A DNA stretch of 63,865 bases, filler included, from Octopus bimaculoides (GCF_001194135.2; 5 parts of 4 records of this genome joined end to end with filler, not necessarily neighbours in it); one strand, 5' to 3'; positions 12,385 to 25,331 are shown, counted from the whole stretch's first letter. Numbers and translations: made by a program. The notes: generated from the sequence alone by a model not told the origin.

Positions 12385-13426
12385 AAATGGTTTTTATGGG
12401 TGTGTGTGCACTTCTATAGGTGTTCACAAATCTGTAACTCGACTGAACTCTTTAACTCTATCAATAACAACAACAACAATCACAAAAATATTATATTTGT
12501 CTTTTATTTTACATATATATATATTTATTTATATCATTTATTTNNNNNNNNNNNNNNNNNNNNNNNNNNNNNNNNNNNNNNNNNNNNNNNNNNNNNNNNN
12601 NNNNNNNNNNNNNNNNNNNNNNNNNNNNNNNNNNNNNNNNNNNNNNNNNNNNNNNNNNNNNNNNNNNNNNNNNNNNNNNNNNNNNNNNNNNNNNNNNNNN
12701 NNNNNNNNNNNNNNNNNNNNNNNNNNNNNNNNNNNNNNNNNNNNNNNNNNNNNNNNNNNNNNNNNNNNNNNNNNNNNNNNNNNNNNNNNTTTTTTTTTTG
12801 ATTTTTAAAAAATTAAATTTAAAAAAAATTGATTTTATATATTGAAATTACAAACAAAATTCTCAGGTTTAAGAGGAGGTGGAGGAGGTGGTGGTAGTGG
12901 GAGAGTGGCATTAAAAAATCAAAACAAAAATTCAAATCACTCAAAATTACAATTGTCTCTTTGTCTTGTGGGGTGGGCATGGAGCAAGATGATTCTGTGG
13001 TTAGGGTGCCTTGAGGGACAGCATTCACACAACGATCCTTAGCACAAAGAACTTACCCATAGAGGTAGCGAATATGAAGTGAGATCATAGTTGATAAGTT
13101 TTGGAATAATGATTGTTTAAGAGAAAAAGGATGTTATAATAATAATAATAATAATTTTTTTTTTCATTTTCAAAGATTTAATAGAACAGACAGATGAAGG
13201 GCCAGTAAAAAAGACAAACAAAAAAAATAGATAGTGAGATAGGAATGTAGGTTGGAAAACAGATAGATAAAGATATGCAGATGGATGGAAGACAAACAGA
13301 ATGGTTCATAATATGAAGAGAGAGATGCATGTGTCATGGTGGTGGTAGTTGTGTCTGTGTGCACGCGTATATTACAATGTCTTTTGTGATTTGAATTTTG
13401 GTTGAATAAATGCTGTTTTCTTTCAG

Positions 13427-13471
13427 TGTGAAACCTTGGGTGCCAGAAAGTTAATAAATTCTATTTCAAAA
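13427..13471 (+). CDS. Candidate 45-nt internal exon (CETLGARKLINSISK in phase 0) of an unidentified gene
   Basis: Acceptor TGCTGTTTTCTTTCAG| and donor AAA|GTAATT; lies in the CpG-depleted domain. No homology recognised. Confidence 0.25.
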
Positions 13472-13769
13472 GTAATTTTTATCCAATTGCTTATACTAAG
13501 GACTCAATTTTCCTGTTATTTACTAGCATATGATTATGAATATATATACACAGACACACACACACATACATGCCTGTGTGTAAGCATATATATATGTGTG
13601 TGTGTGTGTGTAAAGCATAAAGCCAGGTGGTGTGAGAAGTGATGATGAAAAATTTATCGCTTGGATTTGGGGGGTTTTCAGAGACACATTACAAACTGAT
13701 AGCCTATTCTGAAGGAGGTGCCTACTGTGATAGCCTCATGATTCTCTGAATTTATAATTCATACTATTC

Positions 13770-13807
<38 letters not shown>

Positions 13808-14621
13808 GTTATGAGCTTGCACAATGCCTTTGCTAATTGTTTTAGGTATCCTGTCAGCACAATATCAAGGATATATAACTGCTGGAAGAAAGTGAAGGCT
13901 GCACCAAAACTTAGTTGGTACTATATTTTCAGCTGAGTTGACCAAAGCAATGTGAAATCGAATGCCTTGCTCAAGTGCTGACCTTATGATCACAAAACCA
14001 ACTTTCTAACCGCTAGGCCATACAACTACACATAAACACACCCATGTGCAAATGCACACACACACACACATTTGCTGGAGCAAACAGGAGAAGTATATAA
14101 AAATATATTATTAAGCTGCGAAGTTACATAAGTGACTCAGGTGCTGAGAGTTTCGTGCTTCGAACTCATCAAGAGTTTAGCAAGTCTGAGGCATGAAACT
14201 CTTGCTTCTTGTATCAGTCATGTAAGTCTTTACAATCGAATTATATATATGTGTATATAAGTGAAAGAGTACTCTTTCACTTATAAATATATTATATATA
14301 TATAATTCAATAAGTGAAAGGGTACTCATTCACTTATATTAAAACTATGTAAACTGTATGCATTTCCCTTCATTTATTTTATATATGAGAGAGAGAGAGA
14401 CAGAGATAGTTATAGCCAGTTCACAGGGTTACTCTAGGTTTTGCATCCATAAAGCACTTAGCTTTACACGCATCTTGCTTTATGGGCAGGAAACCCTGGG
14501 TAACCCTATGAAGCAGCCATAACTAACAATCTCTAAATACTCTATTGTTCTATAACTTAGAGTGTGCTTTTCTTTTTTATTTATGGTTTACTGATGTGTA
14601 TATATGTATATGTGTGTGTGT

Positions 14622-14946
14622 GAAGGCGCATGATTTAGTGGTTAGGGCATTCAGCTCACGATGGTAAGGTCGTGAGTTCAATTCCCGGTGATACATTGTG
14701 TCCTTGAGCAAGACACTTTATTTCACGCTGCTACAGTCCCCTCAACTGGCAAAAATGAGTAGTATGTGTATTTCCAAATAGGCCAGCCTTGTCACATTCT
14801 CTGCCATGCTGAAATTCCCAGTGAACTACATTAAGGGTATGTGTGTCTGTGGAGTGCTCAGCCACTTGCACATTTATTTCACGAGCAAGCTGTCCCATTG
14901 ATTGGATCAAATAGAACCCTCATCGTCATAACTGATGGAGTGCCAG
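14622..14946 (+). mobile_element. Full-length tRNA-derived CORE-type SINE, CpG-decayed
   Basis: GGCGCATGATTTAGTGGTTAGG...GAGTTCAATTCCC...TCCTTGAGCAAGACACTT...; 3' domain shared with 26188 and 33348. Confidence 0.85.
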
Positions 14947-14952
14947 CAGTTA

Positions 14953-15006
<54 letters not shown>

Positions 15007-15023
15007 TGTTTAATGTAGTTTGA

Positions 15024-15156
15024 TATGGTTCTATGTGACTTAAGTTTTGGAGGTCTATAAGAGAAGCCTGTACTCTGGATTGCTGTAAAGTGATGCCTGA
15101 AAGAGATGGGCTTCTCTGTTAGAGGTCCCAGAAACTTCAAGTCACAAAGAACCATA
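15024..15156. repeat. Imperfect inverted repeat (about 45-bp arms, 40-nt loop), MITE-like hairpin
   Basis: TATGGTTCTATGTGACTTAAG...GAGAAGCC versus GGCTTCTC...AAGTCACAAAGAACCATA. Confidence 0.7.
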
Positions 15157-15369
15157 CCAACCTGTTTTAAATAATACATGTAACTTCTACTAAATGCATT
15201 GAGTGCTCTTTTCTTTCATTTGTCCACTCAATTGTATGTATATGTGTATATACACACACATACAAACATATATAAAATGGAGGTGTAATATGTATAGTGA
15301 ATGGGGGAGAGAGAAAGGCAGGGATAGGGGGAAAAACAGATCTTGGGAATTTACACACACACCATACAC

Positions 15370-15760
15370 AGAATTGCCATGGCAACAGTAGGGATGAAAT
15401 ATTTGTTTGTAAGTTGTATCAATAGAAATTGTTACTGTGGGAGACTGTCCAATGCTAGTAACCCCATGTAGCAAATGTAAGGGCATATCCATGGCAACAT
15501 TTGTGAGGAATAAAATTTATTCATGAAAACAATGGCATTAAAATGTGGCCATAACTATGGAAACGATAGTGTTGATGTATCAATAGAAACAATGCGCTAT
15601 ATGAATCAAATTGTAACCATAGAAATGCAGTGTTAAGAATCAGAATGTAACATTAAAAAAATGATGGTGGTGGATAAGAGTGCAACCATGGAAACAATGG
15701 TGAGGAATAAGAACGTAACCATGGAAACAATGAATTAAGATTGCCGCCATGGAAAACGTT
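15370..15760. promoter_or_regulatory. Degenerate tandem array of RFX X-box-like motifs
   Basis: ATTGCCATGGCAAC 15373, ATATCCATGGCAAC 15485, ATAACTATGGAAAC 15551, GTAACCATAGAAAT 15613, GCAACCATGGAAAC 15682, GTAACCATGGAAAC 15715. Confidence 0.45.
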
Positions 15761-16055
15761 AGTTTAGTCTTAAAAAAAAAGTTTTATTTGTTTTTGTTGT
15801 TGCATAGTGCCACCCAATGAACTGATACCTGGAGCAAAACAAACCCCTGTACTTTGTGACATTATAATATAATACAATATGATGGAATTGTTGTTGAGAG
15901 TTGGTAGTCATGGGTGGGGGAAGGAGAGGGTGTCACAGTTAGGGAAGCTTAACTTGTTATTGTTGGTGCTGTTGTTTAACCCAATCCAGCAGTGTTATAA
16001 TGAAAGACATTCAAGCCTGGAGCAGCCTCTCTTTATTTCAGACATTGTATGTATG

Positions 16056-16091
<36 letters not shown>

Positions 16092-16802
16092 TTATTTATG
16101 GGGAAACATTTTGAATATGCAGATAAAGCTCCTATTCCATTAAGGTGGCCAATTGAGCTGTACTGANNNNNNNNNNNNNNNNNNNNNNNNNNNNNNNNNN
16201 NNNNNNNNNNNNNNNNNNNNNNNNNNNNNNNNNNNNNNNNNNNNNNNNNNNNNNNNNNNNNNNNNNNNNNNNNNNNNNNNNNNNNNNNNNNNNNNNNNNN
16301 NNNNNNNNNNNNNNNNNNNNNNNNNNNNNNNNNNNNNNNNNNNNNNNNNNNNNNNNNNNNNNNNNNNNNNNNNNNNNNNNNNNNNNNNNNNNNNNNNNNN
16401 NNNNNNNNNNNNNNNNNNNNNNNNNNNNNNNNNNNNNNNNNNNNNNNNNNNNNNNNNNNNNNNNNNNNNNNNNNNNNNNNNNNNNNNNNNNNNNNNNNNN
16501 NNNNNNNNNNNNNNNNNNNNNNNNNNNNNNNNNNNNNNNNNNNNNNNNNNNNNNNNNNNNNNNNNNNNNNNNNNNNNNNNNNNNNNNNNNNNNNNNNNNN
16601 NNNNNNNNNNNNNNNNNNNNNNNNNNNNNNNNNNNNNNNNNNNNNNNNNNNNNNNNNNNNNNNNNNNNNNNNNNNNNNNNNNNNNNNNNNNNNNNNNNNN
16701 NNNNNNNNNNNNNNNNNNNNNNNNNNNNNNNNNNNNNNNNNNNNNNNNNNNNNNNNNNNNNNNNNNNNNNNNNNNNNNNNNNNNNNNNNNNNNNNNNNNN
16801 NN

Positions 16803-16839
<37 letters not shown>

Positions 16840-16842
<3 letters not shown>

Positions 16843-17172
16843 ACCTCCTTCGGTCATGAATGACCATCAGATTGCACTTAGAAAGTTCCCCACCAAAGCA
16901 CAAGTCCAGGCAAAGTTGTCTATGGAAGACCAGCAGTCGCCCATGCATACCAGCCTGCCCTGTCCACACCATTGATGTCAATCAAAGTAAAAGCAAAGGC
17001 CAATGCAGCTTGGCCTTGGCACCAGTGACATTGCAACTCATTTCTATAGCTGAGTGAACTGGAGCAACGTGAAATAAAGTGTCTTGCTCAAGAACACAAC
17101 ACAGCCTGGTCTGGGAATCAAACTCACTACCTCATGATTGTGAGCCTGATGCTCTAACCACCGAGCCATGCA
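16840..17172 (-). mobile_element. CORE-type SINE with a different, possibly LINE-derived, 3' tail
   Basis: Head and CORE-like segment (AAGTGTCTTGCTCAAGAACACAAC...GGGAATCAAACTC) match the CORE family; the tail differs. Confidence 0.75.
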
Positions 17173-18299
17173 CTTTATATTTATATATATCGGGGCGTCT
17201 TTGTAATGGAATGCTGATGACATGATGGTATGAACCATTCAGCTTTGGACTTGTAATCTGATACCTTATTATAGTGGTGCCATCTGTGAATGTATAGAAA
17301 CAAAACCACAACATTTATAACAAAGCTATAAGTACAGTAGTGTGACCCCCCCCTCCCGTCCACAGGTTCACCTTCTAACAAAACCAGTGTATCTCTTACT
17401 AGAACACTGAATTCTTTTGTCAACAACATTTAGTGTCTCTAGGGGCTAGGGCAGAGCCTTCAACCATTCCAGATCCTTTTAGACTAGAGAGGCTGATGCA
17501 ACTCTGACAAGTTGGAATTCAGTAGCAGAAACAGGGCCAAAGAGGGCATATTTTCGAAGGTTAATATCTGGAAAGTATTGATTGTGGAGAGGTGTTTAGT
17601 GCATGGGACACAATGGTAGGAGATTGGGGTGGCAAGAGAAGGATGTGGGTGAGAAACTGTTGAGTAACATCAAGGTTAGCTTAGCTCTAATACAGCAGGC
17701 CTGGGTTTAAAAATGATTCATGCTATGACCGCAATGTATTGGTTTATGCTAGATCAGGGTATGACTTGAATGTGATTTAGTAGCTGTTTCTAACAGGTTG
17801 AGTGACTACTTAGAGTTTGACTTGTGGTTGAGGTGTGTGTGTGAGAGGAATGGTTGACACATGGCTGAGGGTGGAGGTTGATAGAATAGGAACTGTAGTA
17901 GGGTTGTCTCAACAGCTTTATAGGCCACCCTGAATAAAGTAGTGCATTTGACAGAAAACCCACAACATAGATAGATTAGCAGTGTGCTCCAAGACTTGTG
18001 TGACACCCATACCCCTGGGGTTCTGGGCAACAGTGTAAAGACAACACTTAGTAGTGGTGGGAGGAAAGACAAAGAGCAGGAAATATGTTTTTGATGGTGA
18101 TGATGATGATAGCAATGATGATATTGTTCATAAATCTTTAGTCTGTTAAATCAATGTCTTTATTTTTGTTTTTTCTTTACATTATTGTGAAATTTTTTTC
18201 TTATTTTCATGACAAGAATAGAAACAAAGGATGTTGTGATGTTCATGTATTTCATAGGGGTTAGCAATTAGTTAACGTTAACTGAAATAAATGAAAGAG

Positions 18300-18590
18300 T
18301 AGATGCTGAGCCCCATCACCTAAGCTCACAGCTGAAGGGAGGTCCACTGAGATTAGGAGTTCAAATCCAATGCAGCTCTTTAGTAATGTTTCTGGATAAT
18401 GCATTTAATTCACATTTCAGTCCAGCCCCCACTAGCTAACTATCAGTAGGAATATGTACTGCCAGATTTAAATACATATGGGAATGTTACCTGCGATAGA
18501 CTGGCATCCTATCCAGGGAAGATACTTTCTACATAACATCATGAATTCAGAGCTAAACACCGGCCCTTAAAAGCCTGTTTGAGGGCTAGG
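18300..18590 (+). mobile_element. Old SINE with a V-domain-like segment
   Basis: B-box-like GGAGTTCAAATCC and CCTGCGATAGACTGGCATCCTATCCAGGG. Confidence 0.45.
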
Positions 18591-19217
18591 AGGTTTCTAG
18601 AGTTTTACATTCCTGCTAAAAGTGTTCAACATCACAAGGAACATAATTACTTCTTACAAAGTGGAATTGTGTTTGCCAAGAGCATTAATGATGTAAGGGG
18701 AAAATAATGGACTCCAGGCAGGAATCAGAACCAACACAAAAGTTCAGCTTGTCATTTATGTCCACAGCAACGAGTGATTCCACCAAAGCAAACAATATTG
18801 GTTTTTTTAGCACTGTTGCATGGCCACATACATTTAATACTGGATTCTTTTCATTGTGGCAAGAAAGATTTATATCATAGTGGAAGGAAAGGCAAAAATG
18901 AGGATCTCCAAATGCATTAGTAGGCGAGAATCGACACACAAACACACACACAAATTTATATTGATTTCTGTAGACAAGGCCAGATTTTACAAAGAGCAAA
19001 ATAAGTTGATTGAATTGATCACATTATATTACTGGTACTAAATTTATAGAGCATTGGTGAATGAAAACTTTATCAATCTCCACCAGATATGAACATACTG
19101 CACCGAGGGATGAAACTTCAACATCGCAAGGCATTTATTTATTCTGGTGCTCTTAAAATCATGCTGCCTTGATTGATATTAATTTTTTTAGATTAGACAC
19201 AATGTTAAAATTTATAG

Positions 19218-19271
19218 GGGAGTGGCATGCGATTGTGTGGTATTCATGCGCTTCTTGGGGATATTAACAAT
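19218..19271 (+). CDS. Candidate 54-nt exon of an unidentified gene
   Basis: TTTATAG| ... AAT|GTAAGT, open in two phases, retains CpGs. It could instead be a decayed SINE head. Confidence 0.2.
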
Positions 19272-20172
19272 GTAAGTGAAATAAAATAAGCTCCATCTGA
19301 GAATTGAAACACCAACATTTTAGTTCACTCCAATAACAACAGAGGTTACTGGTGTCACTAACGTAGAGGAAAGGGGAAGCATAGAAGTTTAACAAGTTAT
19401 TAGAACATAGATGTCTTAACAACTGGTATTTATTTCTGTTGACTTTGAAACAAGAAAAGTCTAACCTAGCAGGACTTTAATTTAGAACATAAAGGTCCAA
19501 AACTAAATGCAGTGTTTTACATTCCACAACTCATCAGCTTTCATCATTAAAAGACTTCTTATCAGCTGTTAGTTTAGGATGTTAAAGTCTGCTGATCTTC
19601 TACCATTTCCACATACAGTCAACACAATATAAACTGGTAGAAAGAAGTGGTAAAACAACCAACAAATAAGAAAAATATGCTTGAGGTATTTAGTTACACC
19701 TCTTTATATTTTGACTTTGTATCCCACAAAAGTCAAGTTTGGTTTTCATCCTTCTGAGAGTCGATAAGTTCTAGGCTAAGTACTGCTTGATCAACTATAC
19801 AACATTGCCTAAATTTAGGGGCTTCTGCCTATGTTAGAAAACTATCTGATGAAGAGAATGAAAAATTCAAGGGAAGTAATTGTGCAGAAACAGTTGAGCA
19901 TTGGTTTATGTGCTAAGTAACCTCTGTTCCAAGTTCAAATCTCACAAGGATGTGACATTACCTTCTCTATTATTGTGACTGATGGAATTAGTAACAATAA
20001 TTAATTACAGAAAATGCATTTCATTCAATTAAGTTTCCCTTCATGTGTAATCAATAAACCAATATGATAATGAGAAAGAATATCCTGATTAAGATAAAAG
20101 ATAAAAAATATATTCAAGAAAAATAAAACAAGAATGGCCGCTCAGTAGTTTCTTGATTGTTTTTTTTTTCAG

Positions 20173-20473
20173 GGAGGGGGTCTGGAAATGGGGGTGGTTT
20201 TGGAGTGTATTTCTCGAGGTGGTGGCAGATTCTCTTAATCTGCAATGGGCGTGGAAATATGATGAAGATTTTGGCAACTTAGAAAAGGCACAAATTCTCA
20301 ACACCTTCAAAACATTTCAGATTAATCACACTTTGCCAAACATTCTGGAATATATATCTCTATTACCCTCACTCATTCTCACCCTCTGTAAATGTGCAAG
20401 AGGGGTGTGGTTGTATGTGAAGGTGGTTGTGTGTGTTGCTTATGTGTGTGTGTGTGCGTTCTTTCACATGTAA
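20173..20473 (+). CDS. Candidate exon after a strong acceptor; reading frame uncertain
   Basis: TTCTTGATTGTTTTTTTTTCAG|G; the longest frame gives EGVWKWGWFWSVFLEVVADSLNLQWAWKYDEDFG...; no recognised homology. Confidence 0.2.
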
Positions 20474-20589
20474 ATCCCCACCACCTTTTTTTAGTTACAT
20501 TTAATTCATTGGCTTGTGTTTGGAACAAAGATTATTAACATTGTAGAACTGTGCTTTGACAATTCATATGACATTTCCTAACATATCCT

Positions 20590-20800
20590 TTCTACTATAG
20601 GCACAAGGCCTGAAATTTTAGGGGCGGGGATAAGTTGATTACATCGACCCCAGTGCCTAACTGGTACTTAATTTGTCGACCCTGAAAAAATGAAAGGAAA
20701 AGTCAACCTCAGCAGAATTTGAACTCAGAATGTAGTGACAGGAAAAATACTGCTAAGCATTTTGTCCGGCGTGCTAATGGTTCTGCCAGCTCACTGCCTT
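20590..20800 (-). mobile_element. Meta-like-domain SINE, CpG-decayed
   Basis: CTGGTACTTAATTTGTCGACCCTGAAAAAATGAAAGGAAAAGTCAACCTCAGCAGAATTTGAACTCAGAA. Confidence 0.8.
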
Positions 20801-21689
20801 ATGACATTCCTAACATCATTGTCAGATATTTCTAGTCAGGTCTTTTTTTTTTTGCTTTTTTAGTTTAAACTATTTAAAAAGTAAATACTTTTCTTGCTTG
20901 GAATATGAAGAAATCATTGTCAATGAACAATACGAAGTATCTCAATATCTAACTTAACACCTGATGGTGGACACCAATGGTAATTTTTAATTGTCCTTTT
21001 ATCTTGAAGCTTCTCTAATTACAATTGAGTTCTGGAGGGTAAAATAGATTTTTAAAATAACAGAATATGAAGTTTTTTCAAGTGTCAGCTGTCTCAACCA
21101 ATCTTTGTGTAGCTTGGTTCACATTCAGTGCCCACAGCTGTTCCAGCAAAAATTCAAAGCACTTTATTTAATTTGTATGATTCGGTGTCAGATCCAGTGC
21201 TATCTGACCCAGTTCCATGCCTTAACTTAGCCATAGTTTGAATTAGACCTTAGTCCCAGTCATCCCACTAATTTAGACTGATCTAGTTCTCTAAACGAGA
21301 TGATCCTATATGGCCAGTCACATGAGTCTAGTCTAGCTAACATGTAAGCAACATTTGCTTGAGTATCGGTTGTTGGATTAAGTGCTAAAACCACAACAAT
21401 TTATCCAGGCTTCTAACATTTCAAAGATCAAATACTTCAAGATTGATTTGTCTGGTTAGTTATCACTGTTATCTGATTTCATTACTTTGGCAGCCATTTC
21501 AACCCAGCAGCCATACATATAAACTTTTGTAGCAGCTTGATTCACCTTCTATAGCACCACTTGAATCAACATTTTACCAGTATTTTGACAACTGGTATGG
21601 ATCTAGTGCTTGTGGCAGCCATCTAACTCAGCACTCAAATAAAAACTTTGTCCAGCATTTTGATAAAGGACAGGATTCAATAGCACCTT

Positions 21690-22082
21690 TTTATCTTTAT
21701 ATTTGCTACAGTCATTGGATAGCAGCCATGCTGGGGAAGTGCCTCAAAGGGTTTTTAATCAAACAGTTCAACTCAGATACTTAATTTTTAAAGTTTCAAC
21801 TTATTCTATTGAACTCTCTTGCTGAACTGCTAAGTTATGAGGACATAAACAAACCAACACCTACTGTCAAGTGGTGGAGTGGGACAAACACACGTGTGTG
21901 TGTATAAGGATATATAAAAGACAGTTTTCCATGTAATTTCCATTTACCAAATCCATTCACAAGGCATTGGTTAGTCTAAGGCTATAACAGAAGACACTTG
22001 CCCAAGGTGTTGCACTGTAGAATTGAACCCAGAGCCACAGGTTTGCAAAGTGAGCTTCTTAGTCACAGAATCATGCCTACAC
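21690..22082 (-). mobile_element. Composite tRNA SINE with internal (TG)n, CpG-decayed
   Basis: Same architecture as 11385-11765 and 59725-60105. Confidence 0.7.
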
Positions 22083-23482
22083 CATGACCAAATATTCTAG
22101 TAAACATTTTTTTGGTTGGATCCATAACACAGCATTCACTGAACTTATATTCCAATAACGATATGATCTCATATAACATCAACCTCCTTAATGTATAAAC
22201 AAAATTCCTTTTTTGTCACATGGTCTTAACTTAATTTTGTCTGTCAAAGTAGATTCCTGAATGAGTGCCCTAAAGGCTGTTACACTCAAGATGTTAGCAT
22301 CTATCAGATCAATCATAGCTAACTGTATTAAATATTATTTCTCTCATTTGTAACAGATGTGTGTCCATGTGTCCCAATGTTGTCATTTATTAATTGATAT
22401 TACACACTGAAATCTCCTGATGCTTTCCTCTAAAAGCATAAGTGTATTGAGTTCTGACAACTAGTTGAATCACCATGCTTAAGCCAAATCAATATATATA
22501 TATATATGTACATACATACATACACACATTGCCTGTAATCTATAAGACTGTTGTTATACACTGCTGACCACAATGCATTTCCAATTTCTTGACTATGCCC
22601 TTCTTGTTGGTCTTGGCCCAAATCATCTAACTCAACATTCCAGGCAACCATTTGATCTAGAATTCTGTGCATCATTTGATTTTTTGTCACAGATGTTGTC
22701 ATGTTGTCTGGAGCAACTGCACTAACCCAATGACAACAGTGGAATTTATGTCTTCTATTCACTAATCGTTATGATTCACTTATCCTTCAATAAAAAAAAA
22801 ACCCTGCCGGATATAAAGTCTGTCTGTGTGAGCAATATGCTCATCTAAAATAGATATAACCTGTAGAAAACACACTTGTGGAAACAACTGACAATAATTC
22901 ACACTGTGGCTACACAGATTTCTTTTGCAAAGTTCCAGTGTTCAACCAGCAATAAGAAATACTGAGAGCATATATATATATACATATATATATATACATA
23001 CAAATATATATATATATACATATATATATATATGTACATATATATATATATACATATATATATATACATATTTTTACATATATACATACATACATATATG
23101 TACATACATATACATATATATATATATATATACATATACATACATACAAATATATACATACATACATATATACACATATATATACATACATATATATACA
23201 TTATCATCATCATCATCATCGTTTAACTGGAAGGACTGGTGCCAAACTTTGGTATCAAGTACTACAGGAATGCCCGCACGGGTCGCCNNNNNNNNNNNNN
23301 NNNNNNNNNNNNNNNNNNNNNNNNNNNNNNNTTAATTAATTAANNNNNNNNNNNNNNNNNNNNNNNNNNNNNNNNNNNNNNNNNNNNTATATATATATAT
23401 ATATTTGTAAAATCATTTCTCTTCTAACACCTAAACTGTTTGTGTTGTTTTGTCATCTATACACGACATACCCATATTTATA

Positions 23483-23518
<36 letters not shown>

Positions 23519-24973
23519 TGTATGTATGCATGCATGGATGTATCTGTGTATGTATGCACGTATATATGTATGTATGCATGTATATATGTATGTATGTATC
23601 TATGAATGAACATATGCATATGTGTATATATATATGTGTGTGTATGTGTGTAAGTACGTTCCTTTTCTTCAATTTTTTTTTTAAAAACAAGCATTTTATT
23701 TGCAGTGAAACCGGATGTCTGATGATTTTTAAAAATAAAAATATGATATCATTACTGATGAGTCTAGGTCGATTCCTAAAAGGAATTTCGTCGTGGATTT
23801 CTAATTTTACATCCTCGGCAAGGAGTAACATCAAATGAATCTTCGCATATGTTAGGATGCAACAACTCCGTGTGATTTAGATTAAAATGCTTGTCTCCTT
23901 TCTGTATCTGACTCAAGTGCATTTATCATTCATTGGCTCTATGATTTCAACATGGTGTATTCAATATCTACTTTCCAATGATTTAGCCACTCTGAAATTA
24001 GGAGAGGAATCGCAAATGTGAAAACTTTTTATTTACACTCTGTCTTGTGCGTAGTAATATTGCAGTAAATATGAAAATACTCAGATTTATCTTAGTTCTA
24101 CGAAATTAGCCAAATTAAACTTTTATACAATATTCAAACCTCGTAATCTATGAAATGTTGATAGAATACAGATTTTATGTATTTGACTTTGCAACTCAAC
24201 ACCTGCTGCGCAGGTATGTGAAAGAGTGGGCCGCTTTATTGTGTAAACCACAGTTAATCTATAAGTACAGTACAGACTAATGTGCTTGTCTTACAGGATT
24301 CTTTAGTTGCATGACTGTATGATGCCAAAGGTTAGGCAAGACATACTGCAAAGATGACTTTAATATTCTTAACAGAATGTATTGAGCTTCTACAAAAGAG
24401 CACACTAACGAGATTCTTGTAGCGATAAAAGAAATGTCAAAGGAAGTCGTGTGATTATTTTAGAAGTAATTCTTTGACAAGTTTTATTTTATATAGATTA
24501 CCTACAACAAATATATTTAGAGATTTGGCAAATTTGAGCACTACAGTTGTTTTAAAAGACGTTTCAACAGCTGCATTTACAGACACATTGTAAAATTTTT
24601 GATTAATGTTCTTAAAGTATTTGGAAGACTAATAACACTTGTCAGTAATTCTATAATTTAAAATATTTTCACTGAATTTTCAACGCCTAGCTACATTCCG
24701 TTATTGTAACCGTTGGGGGAGAAAGATACGTTGTAAGGACTTAAATCTATCTCTAGCAAAGGTAATTTTACTTTTTATATATATATAAGATGAAATTTAT
24801 GATTTTTTTTTATGCGCCCTTTTAAAGCCTAGCCAGGCTTCTATGGCNNNNNNNNNNNNNNNNNNNNNNNNNNNNNNNNNNNNNNNNNNNNNNNNNNNNN
24901 NNNNNNNNNNNNNNNNNNNNNNNNNNNNNNNNNNNNNNNNNNNNNNNNNNNNNNNNNNNNNNNNNNNNNNNNN

Positions 24974-25019
<46 letters not shown>

Positions 25020-25059
25020 TAAACTTATGGAGGCGTAATGGCCCAGTGGTTAGGAGGTT

Positions 25060-25200
25060 CACATGTACTTAATTTATCGACCCGAAGAATAAAAGTTAAA
25101 GTTGACCTCGGCTGAATTTGAACTCAGAATGTAGCGACCGACGAAAAGCGCTAAGTATTTTCTACAGCGTGTTAGCGATTCTGCCAGCTAACCGCCTTGC
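25060..25200 (-). mobile_element. Meta-like-domain SINE; a short CORE-type head fragment lies on + at about 25028-25055
   Basis: GTACTTAATTTATCGACCCGAAG...GTTGACCTCGGCTGAATTTGAACTCAGAA...CTGCCAGCTAACCGCCTT. Confidence 0.75.
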
Positions 25201-25292
25201 AATGGAGAATAAATAATGCCAAAATATTTCCACTCTCGTATTTTTTTTATACAATAACTCTGCAAATGCCTATGAAGGAGCAGAAAAAGCGT

Positions 25293-25331
<39 letters not shown>

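Noticed and set aside
12842-13042. Gly-rich ORF (GLRGGGGGGGSG)
   Set aside because: Explained by a GGA/GGT repeat; it is out of phase with the candidate first exon.
18685-18999. 104-aa minus-strand ORF as an exon
   Set aside because: No convincing acceptor or recognisable domain, and it starts in a microsatellite.
22430-22762. 110-aa minus-strand ORF as an exon
   Set aside because: Weak splice signals, no recognised homology, and it runs into a microsatellite.
23750-23800. CTGATGA followed by hairpins as a hammerhead
   Set aside because: No GAAA closing stem II on the same strand.
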